From an uncultured Bacteroidales bacterium (GTDB lineage Bacteria > Bacteroidota > Bacteroidia > Bacteroidales > WCHB1-69): 64,000 nucleotides of DNA. The notes under the pieces were generated by a model that saw nothing but the letters and a program-made list of their open reading frames with translations, was not told where the DNA came from and did no database searches. The position numbers and the translations under genes were made by a program. This document shows, piece by piece, positions 1-11,700 of this stretch. Within the stretch, counting starts at the first letter, position 1, and every line of letters begins with the position of its first letter. The DNA lies in NCBI GenBank assembly GCA_905233745.1, contig CAJODA010000007.1, forward strand, positions 1,248 through 65,247. Direction: 5' to 3'.

Positions 1-857
1 TCAATCCGGTGAAAAACATTTCGAATGCGCAGGCACAGTACAAACGGGGTCTCTCTGCCCTTGACCGGTTGAACGAGATTCTTTCTGTCGATGATGAAGT
101 TTCCCATAATAGCCCCTCCCTTCCCCTGCCCCCGTTCTCCAAGGGTATAGTGTTTGAGCACCTCACTTTTGCATACAGCGATCGTCCTGTTTTGGAAGAC
201 GTGAGTTTCGAGTTGCGTAAAGGGGAGACCGTTGCGCTGGTAGGGCAGTCCGGTGCCGGCAAGTCAACGCTCGCAGATTTGCTGGAGCGCTTTTATGATC
301 CATCCGCTGGAGCTGTCTTGATGGATGGTGTTGATATCCGCCAGTATGATCTTCACCAGTATCGTGCCCGGTTTTCGCTCGTTTCACAGGATGTGGTGCT
401 GTTTCATGATACTATATATAATAATATTGTAATGGGTATGTCCGGAGTGACGGAGGCTGACGTGGTGGAGGCGACGAAGACTGCCAACATTTACGATTTC
501 ATCATGTCCCTGCCCGACGGCTTCGCGCATGACTTGAGCGACCGGGGGTTGAACCTTTCCGGTGGCCAGCGTCAGCGTATCAGCATTGCGCGGGCTGTTT
601 TGCGCAACACGCCCCTGCTCATTCTGGATGAAGCCACATCGGCCATGGATACAGAATCGGAGCGGGCTGTCCAGGCTGCTTTGGACAATATTATGCAGAA
701 CCGCACCGTGCTGGTGATCGCGCACAGGCTTTCCACGGTCCGGAACGCGAACCGCATCATAGTCCTCGACCAGGGCCGCGTGGTGGAACAAGGCAGCCAC
801 GACGAGCTGCTTGCGCAAGGCGGAGTGTATGGCAGGATGGTGAAAGGTGAACGGTGA
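1..857 (+). CDS. ABC transporter ATP-binding domain, C-terminal part of an MsbA/lipid-exporter-type permease-ATPase (5' end outside window)
   Basis: Frame open from window edge. Walker A GQSGAGKST, ABC signature LSGGQRQR, Walker B LLILDEATSAMD, H-loop IAHRLST. Confidence 0.9.
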   Translation, partial: NPVKNISNAQAQYKRGLSALDRLNEILSVDDEVSHNSPSLPLPPFSKGIVFEHLTFAYSDRPVLEDVSFELRKGETVALVGQSGAGKSTLADLLERFYDPSAGAVLMDGVDIRQYDLHQYRARFSLVSQDVVLFHDTIYNNIVMGMSGVTEADVVEATKTANIYDFIMSLPDGFAHDLSDRGLNLSGGQRQRISIARAVLRNTPLLILDEATSAMDTESERAVQAALDNIMQNRTVLVIAHRLSTVRNANRIIVLDQGRVVEQGSHDELLAQGGVYGRMVKGER

Positions 858-915
858 ACGGTGAATGGGGTGCATGAGGTGAATGGGGTGAATGGGGTGA
901 ATGGGGTGAGTGAAG
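846..915 (+). repeat. Tandem repeat: 2 x GGTGAAC, then about 6 x 9-mer GGTGAATGG (variants GGTGCATGA, GGTGAGTGA)
   Basis: Read directly. It overlaps the last codons and stop of the ABC gene and ends 18 nt before the trmB ATG. A related array in the same transcriptional orientation lies at 52650-52727. Confidence 0.9.
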
Positions 916-933
916 TAAATTAAAACCATAAAT

Positions 934-1596
934 ATGGCAAAGCATAAATTAGCACGATTTGCGGAAAATGAAACATTTGGAAATTTGTTCCAACACACCA
1001 GTTATGACCGTCAGGGTATCCCGTTTCCTTTGAAGGGCAAGTGGGGTAGCGACTATTTTCACAACGACCATCCGATCACGGTGGAGCTGGGTTGTGGCAA
1101 GGGGGATTACACAATCGCGTTGGCGCGGCGTTACCCTGAGCGCAACTTCATCGGTGTTGACCGGAAGGGTGCGCGATTGTGGCGTGGCTGCAAGGATGCC
1201 ATTGAGGGCAACATGTCCAATGTGGCTTTCCTGCGCATTAACATTGACAACATCGGCTACTATTTCGAGAAGGGAGAGGTGAGTGAGATATGGGTTACAT
1301 TTCCGGACCCGCAGCCCAAGAGTGAGCGCCGGAGGCTGGTTTCGCCGCGCTTTGTCGGTTTCTATCGCGAGGTGCTGCCGGAGGGCGGGGGATTGTTGAA
1401 CCTGAAGACCGACAGCCGGTTGTTGTACGAATATGTGCGTGAGACAGCGCCGGTTGAGGGCTGGGGTGTGCAGGCGGACGTGGAGGATGTGTATGCCGGT
1501 GAGGCAGACCCTTTGCTGACGGAAGTGCAGACTTTCTACGAGAAGATGTGGTTGGCCGAGGGAAGGACGATTTCCTATCTCCGGTTGAAAATATAG
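934..1596 (+). CDS. trmB: tRNA (guanine46-N7)-methyltransferase
   Basis: 220 aa. SAM-binding VELGCGKGDYT and FPDPQPK motif typical of TrmB. Confidence 0.9.
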   Translation: MAKHKLARFAENETFGNLFQHTSYDRQGIPFPLKGKWGSDYFHNDHPITVELGCGKGDYTIALARRYPERNFIGVDRKGARLWRGCKDAIEGNMSNVAFLRINIDNIGYYFEKGEVSEIWVTFPDPQPKSERRRLVSPRFVGFYREVLPEGGGLLNLKTDSRLLYEYVRETAPVEGWGVQADVEDVYAGEADPLLTEVQTFYEKMWLAEGRTISYLRLKI

Positions 1597-1667
1597 GGCT
1601 CAGTAACAAAAAATGTGCCATACCTAAATTTTTTTTTCATAAGTGAATATTCATATAAAAAAAATAC

Positions 1668-1675
1668 TATATTTG
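1668..1675 (+). promoter_or_regulatory. Bacteroidetes-type -7 promoter box TAnnTTTG (TATATTTG) upstream of secE-nusG
   Basis: Exact match to the TAnnTTTG consensus, about 190 nt upstream of the secE ATG in an AT-rich spacer. Confidence 0.4.
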
Positions 1676-1861
1676 CCAACTTGTTAGAGAATTGGCGCTA
1701 AAGGGGTTTTGAATTGTTGATATGATTTTCTAACCGTTTGGTTATGAATATTTTGTGCGTTCAATTTTTCAACATCAAGGTGTTAGTGCGGGGTAGGGTA
1801 TTTTGCAGAAGAAATGAAAAAAGTTTCTAAAATCAGATAATAATAGAAAAAATATAAGAAG

Positions 1862-2050
1862 ATGAAGATAGTTAATTATTTTAAAGAAGTGTATGATGAG
1901 TTGGTTTACAAGACAACTTGGCCAACCATGCAGGAACTTGGAAATAGTGTTGTGGTAGTGTCCATTGCTTCCCTTATAATCGCGTTAATCGTGTTTTTGA
2001 TGGATGCTATTTTCAACTTGGGAATGGATTTGGTATTCCCGGCTATGTAG
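1862..2050 (+). CDS. secE: Preprotein translocase subunit SecE
   Basis: 62 aa with a single C-terminal TM helix, immediately upstream of nusG (conserved synteny). Confidence 0.85.
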   Translation: MKIVNYFKEVYDELVYKTTWPTMQELGNSVVVVSIASLIIALIVFLMDAIFNLGMDLVFPAM

Positions 2051-2088
2051 TTTTCTTATAGTGGTTGTTATATCCAAAATAGCGAATC

Positions 2089-2643
2089 ATGGCAGAAGTC
2101 GAGCGTAAATGGTATGTGATTAAGGCAGTCACGGGTACCGAGAAGAAGGTGAAGCAGAACATCGAGACAGAGGTTGAGCTTTCCATTCTGAAGGATTATG
2201 TGACGAAGGTGCTGATCCCTACCGAGAAAGTACACCACATCACCAAGAGTGGGAAGAAGGTTGTGACGGAGAAGAACTATTTCCCGAGCTACATCTTCAT
2301 AGAGGTGGCGAAGATGGAAGAGGTTTTCAGTCTGATACTGGACATTCCCGGGGTGTTGGGTTTTGTAGGGTGCAAGCGCAAGAGCGACATTCCCGTAGCG
2401 TTGCGTCCGGCTGAAGTCTCTCGCCTGTTGGGCAAGGTGGACGAGTTGATGACACAAGACGACTCGTTCATCCAGCCGTTCACAGTGGGTGAGGAGATTA
2501 AGGTTATTGACGGGCCTTTCAACACTTTCAACGGTTTTATCGAGGAGATAGACACCGAGAAGAAGAAGCTGAAGATCATGGTGAAAATCTTCGGCCGTAA
2601 GACCCCGCTGGAGCTGGGTTTTATGCAGGTTGAAAAAATATAG
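2089..2643 (+). CDS. nusG: Transcription termination/antitermination factor NusG
   Basis: 184 aa. N-terminal KWYVIKAVTGTEKKV (NGN) and a C-terminal KOW-like segment. secE-nusG-rplK order. Confidence 0.95.
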   Translation: MAEVERKWYVIKAVTGTEKKVKQNIETEVELSILKDYVTKVLIPTEKVHHITKSGKKVVTEKNYFPSYIFIEVAKMEEVFSLILDIPGVLGFVGCKRKSDIPVALRPAEVSRLLGKVDELMTQDDSFIQPFTVGEEIKVIDGPFNTFNGFIEEIDTEKKKLKIMVKIFGRKTPLELGFMQVEKI

Positions 2644-2684
2644 CGCCACGAAAGTAGTTACAAACAATTAAATCAAATTAAAAA

Positions 2685-3134
2685 ATGGCAAAAGAAGTAG
2701 CTGGATTAATTAAGTTACAAATCAAAGGAGGAGCCGCCAATCCAGCACCCCCGGTAGGACCTGCATTGGGTTCCAAGGGTGTGAACATCATGGACTTTTG
2801 CAAGCAGTTCAATGCGCGTACGCAGGAAATGGCTGGCAAAATCATCCCTGTTGTGATTACGGTTTACAAGGACAAGTCCTTCGACTTCATCACGAAGACG
2901 CCTCCGGTTGCTGTTCAGATCAAGGAAGCAGCCAAGCTTCAGAAGGGTTCCGGCGAGCCCAACCGTAACAAAGTCGGTACCATTACCTGGGACCAGGTGC
3001 GTACGATTGCCGAGACCAAGATGAGCGACCTGAACTGCTTCGAGGTCGAGTCCGCCATGTCAATGGTGGCCGGAACCGCACGCAGTCTGGGAGTCAACGT
3101 GAAAGGTGGCCAGAATCCTTTCGAGAAAAATTAA
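2685..3134 (+). CDS. rplK: 50S ribosomal protein L11
   Basis: Strongly conserved L11 sequence ([20 protein letters not shown]). Confidence 0.97.
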   Translation: MAKEVAGLIKLQIKGGAANPAPPVGPALGSKGVNIMDFCKQFNARTQEMAGKIIPVVITVYKDKSFDFITKTPPVAVQIKEAAKLQKGSGEPNRNKVGTITWDQVRTIAETKMSDLNCFEVESAMSMVAGTARSLGVNVKGGQNPFEKN

Positions 3135-3156
3135 TAACAAGTAAAAAACGAATCAA

Positions 3157-3852
3157 ATGGCTAAAATATCAAAAAAACGCAAAGAGGCTTTTGCTAAATT
3201 TGATAAGAGTAAAGTTTACGCTTTACCTGAGGCTATCCAGGTGGTGAAGAACCTTACCTATACCAAGTTTGATGCATCCTTCGACATCGACGTCCGCCTG
3301 GGCGTTGACCCTCGCAAGGCCAACCAAATGGTACGTGGTATCGTGACGCTGCCTCACGGAACGGGCAAGGTGGTGCGTGTGCTTGTGCTCTGTACGCAAG
3401 ACAAAGAAGAAGAGGCAAAGGCTGCGGGAGCTGATTATGTTGGCTTGGATGAATACGTGGACAAGATCAAGCAAGGCTGGACCGACGTTGACGTGATCAT
3501 CACGATGCCGAGCGTTATGCCGAAGATCGGTGCCCTCGGTAGAATATTGGGCCCCCGTGGTTTGATGCCGAACCCCAAGTCCGGTACAGTCACTATGGAC
3601 ATCGGCAAGGCCGTTTCCGAAGTGAAAGCCGGTAAGATCGACTTCAAGGTGGACAAGTACGGTATCATCCACACTGCCATCGGCAAGAATCATTTCTCCG
3701 TGGACCAGTTGGCTGACAACGCCCGCGAAATGCTGGGCACCGTCATCAAACTGAAACCCTCTTCCGCCAAAGGAACCTATATCAAGAGCATCTACCTCTC
3801 CACGACGATGAGTCCCGGTGTGCAGGTGGATCCTAAATCAGTTACGTTATAA
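3157..3852 (+). CDS. rplA: 50S ribosomal protein L1
   Basis: 231 aa, L1 family sequence, position after rplK. Confidence 0.97.
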   Translation: MAKISKKRKEAFAKFDKSKVYALPEAIQVVKNLTYTKFDASFDIDVRLGVDPRKANQMVRGIVTLPHGTGKVVRVLVLCTQDKEEEAKAAGADYVGLDEYVDKIKQGWTDVDVIITMPSVMPKIGALGRILGPRGLMPNPKSGTVTMDIGKAVSEVKAGKIDFKVDKYGIIHTAIGKNHFSVDQLADNAREMLGTVIKLKPSSAKGTYIKSIYLSTTMSPGVQVDPKSVTL

Positions 3853-3869
3853 TTTAAAGATTAGTTAGT

Positions 3870-4388
3870 ATGAAACAAGAACAAAAAGCTCAGATTATAG
3901 AAGAAATAGCACAGGACTTGGCTAACTATTCGCATGTATATGTAACCGATATTTCCGGTTTCACGGTTAGCACGGTCAACCAGTTGCGCCGTCTCTGCTT
4001 CAAGCGCGATGTCAAGTTGAAAGTGGTGAAGAACACCCTGCTGAAACGCGCCATGGACCAGTCAGAGGCCGACTATTCAGAGCTCTATCCGGTGCTGAAC
4101 GGTGCCACCTCCATCATGCTGTGCAACACGGGCAACGTGCCTGCACGCCTGATTAAGGAGTTCCGTGCCAAGTTCGACAAGCCCCTCGTCAAGGCCGCCT
4201 TCATTGAGGAGACCGCTTACATTGGCGACGACCAGCTTGAGGCTCTGTGCAATATCAAGTCCCGCGAGGAATTGATCGGCGATATCGTCGCCCTGCTGCA
4301 ATCACCTGCCAAGAATGTGGTGTCCGCACTGCAGTCTGGTGGTGGCAAACTGGCCGGTATTGTCAAAACTTTGTCTGAAAGACAGTAA
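3870..4388 (+). CDS. rplJ: 50S ribosomal protein L10
   Basis: 172 aa, lies between rplA and rplL. Confidence 0.95.
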   Translation: MKQEQKAQIIEEIAQDLANYSHVYVTDISGFTVSTVNQLRRLCFKRDVKLKVVKNTLLKRAMDQSEADYSELYPVLNGATSIMLCNTGNVPARLIKEFRAKFDKPLVKAAFIEETAYIGDDQLEALCNIKSREELIGDIVALLQSPAKNVVSALQSGGGKLAGIVKTLSERQ

Positions 4389-4442
4389 AAAATCAAATTT
4401 AACAACAAATCATTTAGTAAAAACATTTAAAATTATAAAATT

Positions 4443-4823
4443 ATGGCAGATTTAAAAGCATTTGCAGAACAATTAGTGAATTTGACCGTTAAGGAAGTTA
4501 ACGAGTTGGCTCAAATTTTGAAAGACGAATACGGTATTGAGCCCGCAGCCGCTGCAGTCGCAGTTGCCGCTGGTCCCGCTGCTGGCGCTGGTGCAGCCGC
4601 CGCTGAAGAGAAGACCGAATTCAATGTGATCCTGAAAGCCGCCGGCGCTCAGAAATTGCAAGTCGTGAAGTTGGTGAAGGAACTCACCAGCCTCGGCCTG
4701 AAAGAAGCCAAGGAACTGGTTGACGGTGCTCCCAAGGCCGTCAAGGAAGGCGTTTCCAAAGACGAAGCTGAGTCTTTGAAGAAAGCCCTCGAAGAAGTTG
4801 GCGCTGAGGTCGAACTCAACTAA
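4443..4823 (+). CDS. rplL: 50S ribosomal protein L7/L12
   Basis: 126 aa. Ala-rich hinge and conserved C-terminal domain ([19 protein letters not shown]). Confidence 0.97.
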   Translation: MADLKAFAEQLVNLTVKEVNELAQILKDEYGIEPAAAAVAVAAGPAAGAGAAAAEEKTEFNVILKAAGAQKLQVVKLVKELTSLGLKEAKELVDGAPKAVKEGVSKDEAESLKKALEEVGAEVELN

Positions 4824-4837
4824 TTCCAACACACCCC

Positions 4838-4890
4838 ACAACAATAGTACAACACTTCCACTCCGGTGGAAGTATTGTACTTATTGTTGT
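4838..4890 (+). terminator. Long imperfect hairpin (about 24-bp stem, loop TCCG) between rplL and rpoB; probable attenuator or partial terminator
   Basis: ACAACAATAGTACAACACTTCCAC / GTGGAAGTATTGTACTTATTGTTGT with one bulge and one mismatch. Same position as the known rplL-rpoB attenuator of other bacteria. Confidence 0.6.
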
Positions 4891-4954
4891 CTTTAATACC
4901 CGCTGATTGGTATTCCCCCCTTAAAATCAGTATTAACAATCAAATTGAAAAGTC

Positions 4955-7900
4955 TTGGCAACTAATAACAATAAAAGAATAAGTTTCGCATCAACAAGAC
5001 CGGTTGAATATCCCGACTTCCTCGATATTCAATTGAAATCATTCAAGGAGTTCTTTCAGATTAACACAGACGCTGAACTGCGTCACAACGAGGGCCTTTA
5101 TCAGGCTTTCGCGGAAAACTTCCCGATCACCGATGCGAGAAACAGTTTCGTCCTCGAATTCCTTGATTATTACATCGACGCCCCCCGATATACGATGGAC
5201 GAATGCCTTGAAAGAGGCTTGACATACAGTGTTCCCCTGAAGGCAAAGCTGAAACTCTCATGCAACGACGTGGAGCATGAGGATTTTGAAACCATTATCC
5301 AGGATGTCTATTTGGGCATGATCCCCTATATGACACCGAGCGGCACATTTATCATCAACGGTGCCGAGCGCGTGGTGGTTTCCCAATTGCACCGCTCCCC
5401 CGGTGTGTTCTTCGGCTTCTCCTATCACACGAACGGAACACCGCTTTACTCCGCCCGTATCATCCCGTTCAAGGGATCATGGATGGAGTTCACGACCGAC
5501 ATCAACAACGTGATGTATGCTTACATCGACCGTAAGAAGAAATTGCCGGTCACCACATTGCTGCGTGCCATCGGTTATGAAACCGACAAGGACATCCTGA
5601 GCATTTTCGATATTGCTCACGAGGTTAAAGCCACCAAGGCCAACCTGAAGAAGTTCCTGGGCGAGAAGTTCGCCGCCGCCGTCACGAAGACCTGGTATGA
5701 GGACTTTGTGGATGATGAGACCGGCGAGGTGGTCAACATCGAACGTACCGAGGTCATCATTGACCGTGAGACGGTGTTTGACAAGCAGCACATCCAGATG
5801 ATTACGGACGCCAACATCAAGTCTGTGCTCTTCCACAAAACGGATGAGAAGAATACGGACTACTCCGTGATTTTCAACACCCTGCAGAAAGACCCGACGA
5901 ACTCCGGCAAACAGGCCATCGAGTACATCTACCTGCAGCTGAAGAGCACGACGGCTCCCGATGAGGAGACAGCTCGCGCTACCCTTGAGAAGCTCTTTTT
6001 CTCTGACAAACGTTACGACCTTGGGGAGGTGGGCCGCTACCGTATCAACAAGAAACTGAATCTTAATATCCCGATGGAAACCGGCGTGCTGACCAACGAG
6101 GATATCATCTCCATCATCCGCTATCTGGTTGAGCTGATCAACAACAAGACGGATGTCGATGATATCGACCACTTGAGCAACCGTCGTGTGCGTACCGTCG
6201 GCGAACAATTATACAACCAGTTCAGCCTGGGTCTGAACCGCATGGCCCGCACTATCCGTGAAAAGATGAATGTGCGTGACCACGAGTTGTTCTCCCCGGT
6301 TGACCTGATCAATTCCAAGACGTTGTCCTCTGTGGTCAACTCGTTCTTCGGAACCAACCAGCTTTCACAGTTCATGGACCAGACCAACCCGTTGTCTGAA
6401 ATCACGCACAAGCGTCGTATTTCCGCTTTGGGTCCTGGCGGTCTGTCACGTGAGCGTGCCGGCTTTGAGGTCCGTGACGTGCACTACACGCACTATGGCC
6501 GTCTGTGTACCATTGAGACCCCTGAAGGTCCGAACATCGGTTTGATCTCCTCTCTCTGCGTCTTCGCCAAGATCAACCATCTCGGTTTTATTGAGACGCC
6601 GTACCGCAAGGTGGAGAACGGCAAGGTGCTCTTCAACGAGCCGCCGATTTTCCTCACCGCCGAAGAGGAGGACAACAAGTGTATCGCCCAGGCCAATACG
6701 CCGATGGACAAGAACGATGTGTTGGGTGAGAAGGTGAAAGCCCGCCGTTTGGCTGACTATCCTATCCTGCCGAAGGAGGAAATCGACCTCATCGACATCG
6801 CACCCAACCAGATTGCGTCTATTGCCGCATCTCTGATTCCGTTCTTGGAGAATGACGACGCCAACCGTGCGTTGATGGGCTCCAACATGATGCGTCAGGC
6901 TGTTCCGTTGCTGAGACCGGAAGCTCCCATCGTGGGTACCGGTCTGGAGCACCGGGTGGCCGTTGACTCCCGCGCCGTCCTCCTGGCTGAGGGCAATGGT
7001 GTGGTGAAGTCTGTTGACGCGCAACACATCGAGATTGATTACGAACGTTCTGAAACCGAAGAACTGGTCAGCTTTGATCCCAGTGCCAAGACTTACGAGC
7101 TGCTCAAGTTCAGACGGACTAACCAGAACTCATGTATCAACATGCGTCCTATCGTGGTGAAGGGCCAGAAGGTGAAGAAGGGCGACGTGCTGACTGAGGG
7201 CTACGCCACCGAGAACGGCGAGCTTGCCCTGGGTCGCAACCTGATGGTCGCCTTCATGCCTTGGAAAGGCTACAACTTCGAGGATGCCGTCGTGATCTCC
7301 GAAAAGGCGGTTACCGACGATTTATATACGTCTATTCATATTGAATCGTTCACCATGGACGTGCGCGACACCAAGCGCGGTATCGAGGAACTCACCAATG
7401 ACATTCCGAATGTCTCCACAGAAGCCACGAGCGACTTGATGGAGAACGGTTTGATTCGTGTGGGTGCTGAAGTGAACGAGGGTGACATTCTGATTGGTAA
7501 GATTACGCCTAAAGGTGAGTCTTATCCGAGCCCGGAAGAGAAGCTGCTTCGCGCCATCTTCGGCGACAAGGCCGGCGATGTGAAGGACGCTTCCCTCAAG
7601 GCGCCCCCATCCATGAAGGGTGTGGTCATCGGATCCAAGGACCTGTCACGCCGTATCAAGGACAGAAAGTCCAAAGCCAAGGACAAGGACGTGGTGGCCG
7701 AGATCGAGGAGAAATTCCAGGTGCAGTTCGACAAGCTGCATGACACCGCTGTGGCCAAGCTGTACAAGATTCTGGAAGGCAAGATTGCCCACAACGTATA
7801 CGACAGTGCCAAGAATGTCGTGATTGCCAAGGGCGCCAAGTTCTCCCAGCGACTGCTGAACACGGTGGACTTCACCACAGTGACGGTCTCCAAGTGGACC

Positions 7901-8755
7901 AACGACGCGAAGATCAACGTGCTGGTGGCCGACATCATCCGTAATTACCTCATCAAGGTCAGAGAGCTTAACGCCAAGAAGACCCGTGAGGTGTTCGATG
8001 CCACAATCGGCACTGAGCTGCCCGCAGGCGTGGTGCAAATGGCCAAAGTCTATGTTGCCAACAAGCGCAAGCTCCGCATTGGTGACAAGATGGCCGGTCG
8101 TCACGGTAACAAGGGTTGTGTGGCCAAGATAGTCCGTCAGGAAGATCTGCCGTTCCTCGAGGACGGTCGTCCTGTCGATGTGGTGCTGAACCCGCTGGGT
8201 GTGCCTTCCCGTATGAACCTGGGCCAGATTTACGAAACTGTGCTGGGTTGGGCTGGCAAGAAGATGGGTGTGAAATATGCCACGCCGATTTTCGACGGTG
8301 CTTCCATCGACCAGATCAACGAGCTCATGCGCGAGGCCGGGCTTCCCGAGAACGGTAGCACGCAGCTGTACGACGGAGAAACGGGTGAACCGTTCCATCA
8401 GAAGGCTACGGTGGGTTACATCTACTATCTGAAACTGCACCACATGGTTGACGACAAGATGCACGCCCGTTCCATTGGACCTTACTCTCTGATCACGCAA
8501 CAGCCTCTGGGCGGTAAAGCCCAGTTCGGTGGCCAGCGTTTCGGTGAGATGGAGGTCTGGGCAATCGAGGCTTATGGTGCGTCCAACGTGCTGCAGGAGA
8601 TTCTGACTGTCAAGTCCGACGATGTGGTGGGTCGTGCCAAGACTTACGAGGCCATCGTTAAGGGCGACAACATGCCCACATCCGGCATTCCGGAGTCCTT
8701 CAACGTGTTGGTGAACGAGCTCCGCGGACTGGCATTGGATATTAAATTTGAATAA
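4955..8755 (+). CDS. rpoB: DNA-directed RNA polymerase subunit beta (TTG start)
   Basis: 1266 aa with unmistakable RpoB sequence. There is no in-frame ATG near the conserved N-terminus, so TTG at 4955 is taken as the start. Confidence 0.98.
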   Translation: MATNNNKRISFASTRPVEYPDFLDIQLKSFKEFFQINTDAELRHNEGLYQAFAENFPITDARNSFVLEFLDYYIDAPRYTMDECLERGLTYSVPLKAKLKLSCNDVEHEDFETIIQDVYLGMIPYMTPSGTFIINGAERVVVSQLHRSPGVFFGFSYHTNGTPLYSARIIPFKGSWMEFTTDINNVMYAYIDRKKKLPVTTLLRAIGYETDKDILSIFDIAHEVKATKANLKKFLGEKFAAAVTKTWYEDFVDDETGEVVNIERTEVIIDRETVFDKQHIQMITDANIKSVLFHKTDEKNTDYSVIFNTLQKDPTNSGKQAIEYIYLQLKSTTAPDEETARATLEKLFFSDKRYDLGEVGRYRINKKLNLNIPMETGVLTNEDIISIIRYLVELINNKTDVDDIDHLSNRRVRTVGEQLYNQFSLGLNRMARTIREKMNVRDHELFSPVDLINSKTLSSVVNSFFGTNQLSQFMDQTNPLSEITHKRRISALGPGGLSRERAGFEVRDVHYTHYGRLCTIETPEGPNIGLISSLCVFAKINHLGFIETPYRKVENGKVLFNEPPIFLTAEEEDNKCIAQANTPMDKNDVLGEKVKARRLADYPILPKEEIDLIDIAPNQIASIAASLIPFLENDDANRALMGSNMMRQAVPLLRPEAPIVGTGLEHRVAVDSRAVLLAEGNGVVKSVDAQHIEIDYERSETEELVSFDPSAKTYELLKFRRTNQNSCINMRPIVVKGQKVKKGDVLTEGYATENGELALGRNLMVAFMPWKGYNFEDAVVISEKAVTDDLYTSIHIESFTMDVRDTKRGIEELTNDIPNVSTEATSDLMENGLIRVGAEVNEGDILIGKITPKGESYPSPEEKLLRAIFGDKAGDVKDASLKAPPSMKGVVIGSKDLSRRIKDRKSKAKDKDVVAEIEEKFQVQFDKLHDTAVAKLYKILEGKIAHNVYDSAKNVVIAKGAKFSQRLLNTVDFTTVTVSKWTNDAKINVLVADIIRNYLIKVRELNAKKTREVFDATIGTELPAGVVQMAKVYVANKRKLRIGDKMAGRHGNKGCVAKIVRQEDLPFLEDGRPVDVVLNPLGVPSRMNLGQIYETVLGWAGKKMGVKYATPIFDGASIDQINELMREAGLPENGSTQLYDGETGEPFHQKATVGYIYYLKLHHMVDDKMHARSIGPYSLITQQPLGGKAQFGGQRFGEMEVWAIEAYGASNVLQEILTVKSDDVVGRAKTYEAIVKGDNMPTSGIPESFNVLVNELRGLALDIKFE

Positions 8756-8780
8756 GACAACAAAAATATAATTGTACATC

Positions 8781-11700
8781 ATGGCTCTTAAAAAAGACAG
8801 TAATACAAGAAAAGAGTTTCAAAAAATCACCATCAGCCTGGCCTCCCCGGAGACCATCCTCCAGCAGTCGCATGGAGAGGTGTTGAAGCCGGAGACGATT
8901 AACTACAGGACTTACAAGCCTGAGCGTGATGGTTTGTTTTGCGAAAAGATTTTCGGACCGACCAAAGACTGGGAGTGCCATTGCGGAAAGTACAAACGTA
9001 TCCGCTACAAAGGTATCACCTGCGACCGTTGCGGTGTGGAAGTTACCGAGCGCAAAGTCCGTCGCGAGAGAATGGGCCATATTCAACTGGTGGTGCCGGT
9101 TGCCCATATTTGGTTTTTCAAGTCATTGCCGAACAAGATCGGTGCGTTGCTCGGTTTGTCCTCCAAGGAGATTGACGCGGTGATCTACTATGAGAAATAC
9201 ATCGTCATCCAACCGGGTGTGGCTGAGAGTGAGAATGTGAAGAAGAACACGCTGCTGACCGAGGAGGAATACTATGAGGTGGTGGATACCATCCCCTCCG
9301 ACAACAAGCTGTTGGACGACAATGATCCCAACAAGTTCGTGGCCAAGATGGGCGCCGAAGCCCTCTACGACTTGCTTTGCAAGGTTGACCTTGACGCAGA
9401 GTCTTATGAGCTGAGAGACAGAGCCAACAACGAGACCTCCCAGCAACGTAAGAAAGACCTGCTCAAGCGTCTGCATGTGTTTGAGTCGTTCCGCGACAGC
9501 CGCAAGCGCGCTGAGAACAGACCCGAATGGATGATCATCAAGATAGTGCCGGTTATTCCGCCCGAAATCCGTCCTCTCGTCCCGTTGGATGGCGGACGTT
9601 TCGCCACTTCTGACCTGAACGACCTCTATCGTCGCGTCATCATCCGCAACAACCGTCTGAAACGTCTTGTCGAAATCAAGGCTCCCGATGTCATCATGCG
9701 TAACGAGAAACGTATGTTGCAGGAGGCTGTTGATTCCCTGTTCGATAACTCCAAGAAATCCAGTGCGGTGAAGTCAGACTCTAACCGTGCGCTCAAATCC
9801 CTCTCCGACAGTTTGAAGGGTAAGCAGGGCCGCTTCCGTCAGAACCTGCTCGGTAAGCGTGTTGACTACTCCGGACGTTCCGTTATCGTGGTCGGCCCCG
9901 ACTTGCATCTGAACGAGTGCGGTTTGCCGAAAGACATGGCAGCCGAGTTGTTCAAACCGTTCGTCATTCGCAAGATTCTTGAAAGAGGAATTGTCAAGAC
10001 CGTGAAATCTGCCAAGAAGATTGTCGATCGCAAGGATCCCGTTGTATGGGAGATTCTGGAAAACATATTGAAAGGCCACCCGGTATTGCTCAACCGTGCT
10101 CCTACTTTGCACCGTTTGGGTATCCAGGCCTTCCAGCCCCGATTGGTTGAGGGTAAAGCTATTCGTCTGCACCCGTTATGCTGTACGGCTTTCAACGCTG
10201 ACTTCGACGGTGACCAGATGGCCGTTCACGTGCCGCTGGGCAATGCCGCCATTATGGAGGCACAGATGCTGATGATGGCATCCCACAACATTTTGAACCC
10301 TGCCAACGGTGCCCCCGTCACGGTGCCTTCTCAGGACATGGTGTTGGGTCTGTACTATATCACCAAGGAACTGCCTTCCACTCCTGACCATAAAGTCAAG
10401 GGTGAGGGTGGTGTTTTCTATGGTCCCGAAGAGGTGATGATTGCCTACAACGAGAAGAAAGTGCACCTGAATGCCAAGATCAAGTGCCGAGTGGATGTGG
10501 ATGGCAAGGGAACGCTTAAGATTATCGACACGACTGTGGGTCGCGTGATGTTCAACCAGGTGGTTCCCAAAGAGTATGGCTACATCAACATGTTGCTGAC
10601 CAAGAAGGCCCTTCGTGACACTATCGGTGACGTGCTGAACAAGTGTGGCAACAAGGTTTGTGCCCAATTCCTGGACGATATCATGAGCTTGGGTTATCGT
10701 ATGGCCTTTGAAGGAGGTTTGTCCTTCAACTTGGGCGATGTGATTATCCCGAAGCAGAAACCGGAATTCATCGCTGAGGCTAATGCGCAGGTGGATGAGA
10801 TTACCATGAACTACAACATGGGTTTCATCACCAACACCGAGCGTTACAACCAGGTGATTGACGTATGGTCCCAGTGCAACGCCCGTCTCTCCAAGATTTT
10901 GATGAAAGAGATTGAGGAAGACCGCCAGGGCTTCAACCCCGTGCACATGATGCGTGACTCCGGAGCTCGTGGTTCTGCCGAGCAGATCCGTCAGCTTTCC
11001 GGCATGCGTGGTTTGATGGCTAAGCCGAGTAAGGCCGGTTCTTCCGGTGGTGAGATTATTGAGAACCCGATTCTCTCCAACTTCAAGGAGGGTCTGTCCG
11101 TGCAGGAGTACTTCATCTCCACCCACGGTGCTCGTAAGGGTTTGGCCGATACCGCTTTGAAGACCGCTGACGCTGGTTATCTTACCCGTCGTTTGGTTGA
11201 CGTTTCCCATGACGTGATTATCATGGAAGAGGACTGCGGTACATTGCGCGGCATGACTGTGAGCGCATTGAAGAAGAATGAAGAGGTTGTCGAGACCCTT
11301 TACGATCGTTTGCTCGGCCGTGTCACTTTGCACGATGTGTATCATCCTCAAACTGGCGAATTGATTATCAAGGCCGGTGAGGAGTTGACCGAGGAATATT
11401 GCCAGATGATTGAGGATTCTCCTATCGAGGAGGTTGAAATCCGTTCAGTGCCTACCTGCGAATCCAAACATGGTATCTGCCAGAAGTGCTATGGCCGTAA
11501 CTTGGCCACGGGCAAGATGGTTCAGATCGGTGAGGCGGTGGGTGTCATCGCGGCACAATCCATCGGTGAGCCTGGTACACAGCTGACTCTGCGTACATTC
11601 CACGTCGGTGGTGTGGCTGGTAACGTGGCTGCCAACAGCTCCATCCAAGCCACCTATGACGGTGTGTTGAGCGTTGACGAGTTGCGTGCGTTGGATAAGA

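Noticed and set aside
384-998. 204-aa and 62-aa minus-strand ORFs with HPIHPIHPIH / SPHSPHSPH repeats (also 52677-53225 on the plus strand)
   Set aside because: They are created by reading through the GGTGAATGG tandem repeats and then running antisense to real genes. They are not independent coding regions.
1597-1861. Possible tRNA-Trp or its remnant upstream of secE, where many Bacteroidetes have one
   Set aside because: No cloverleaf could be built, and only a vague GTTCAAT resemblance to a T-loop is present. It is treated as an ordinary AT-rich leader.
7646-8782. 378-aa ORF antisense to rpoB (also 10176-11351, 12222-13136 and 8742-9107 antisense to rpoC)
   Set aside because: They overlap universally conserved coding sequence. 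This is a composition-driven artefact.
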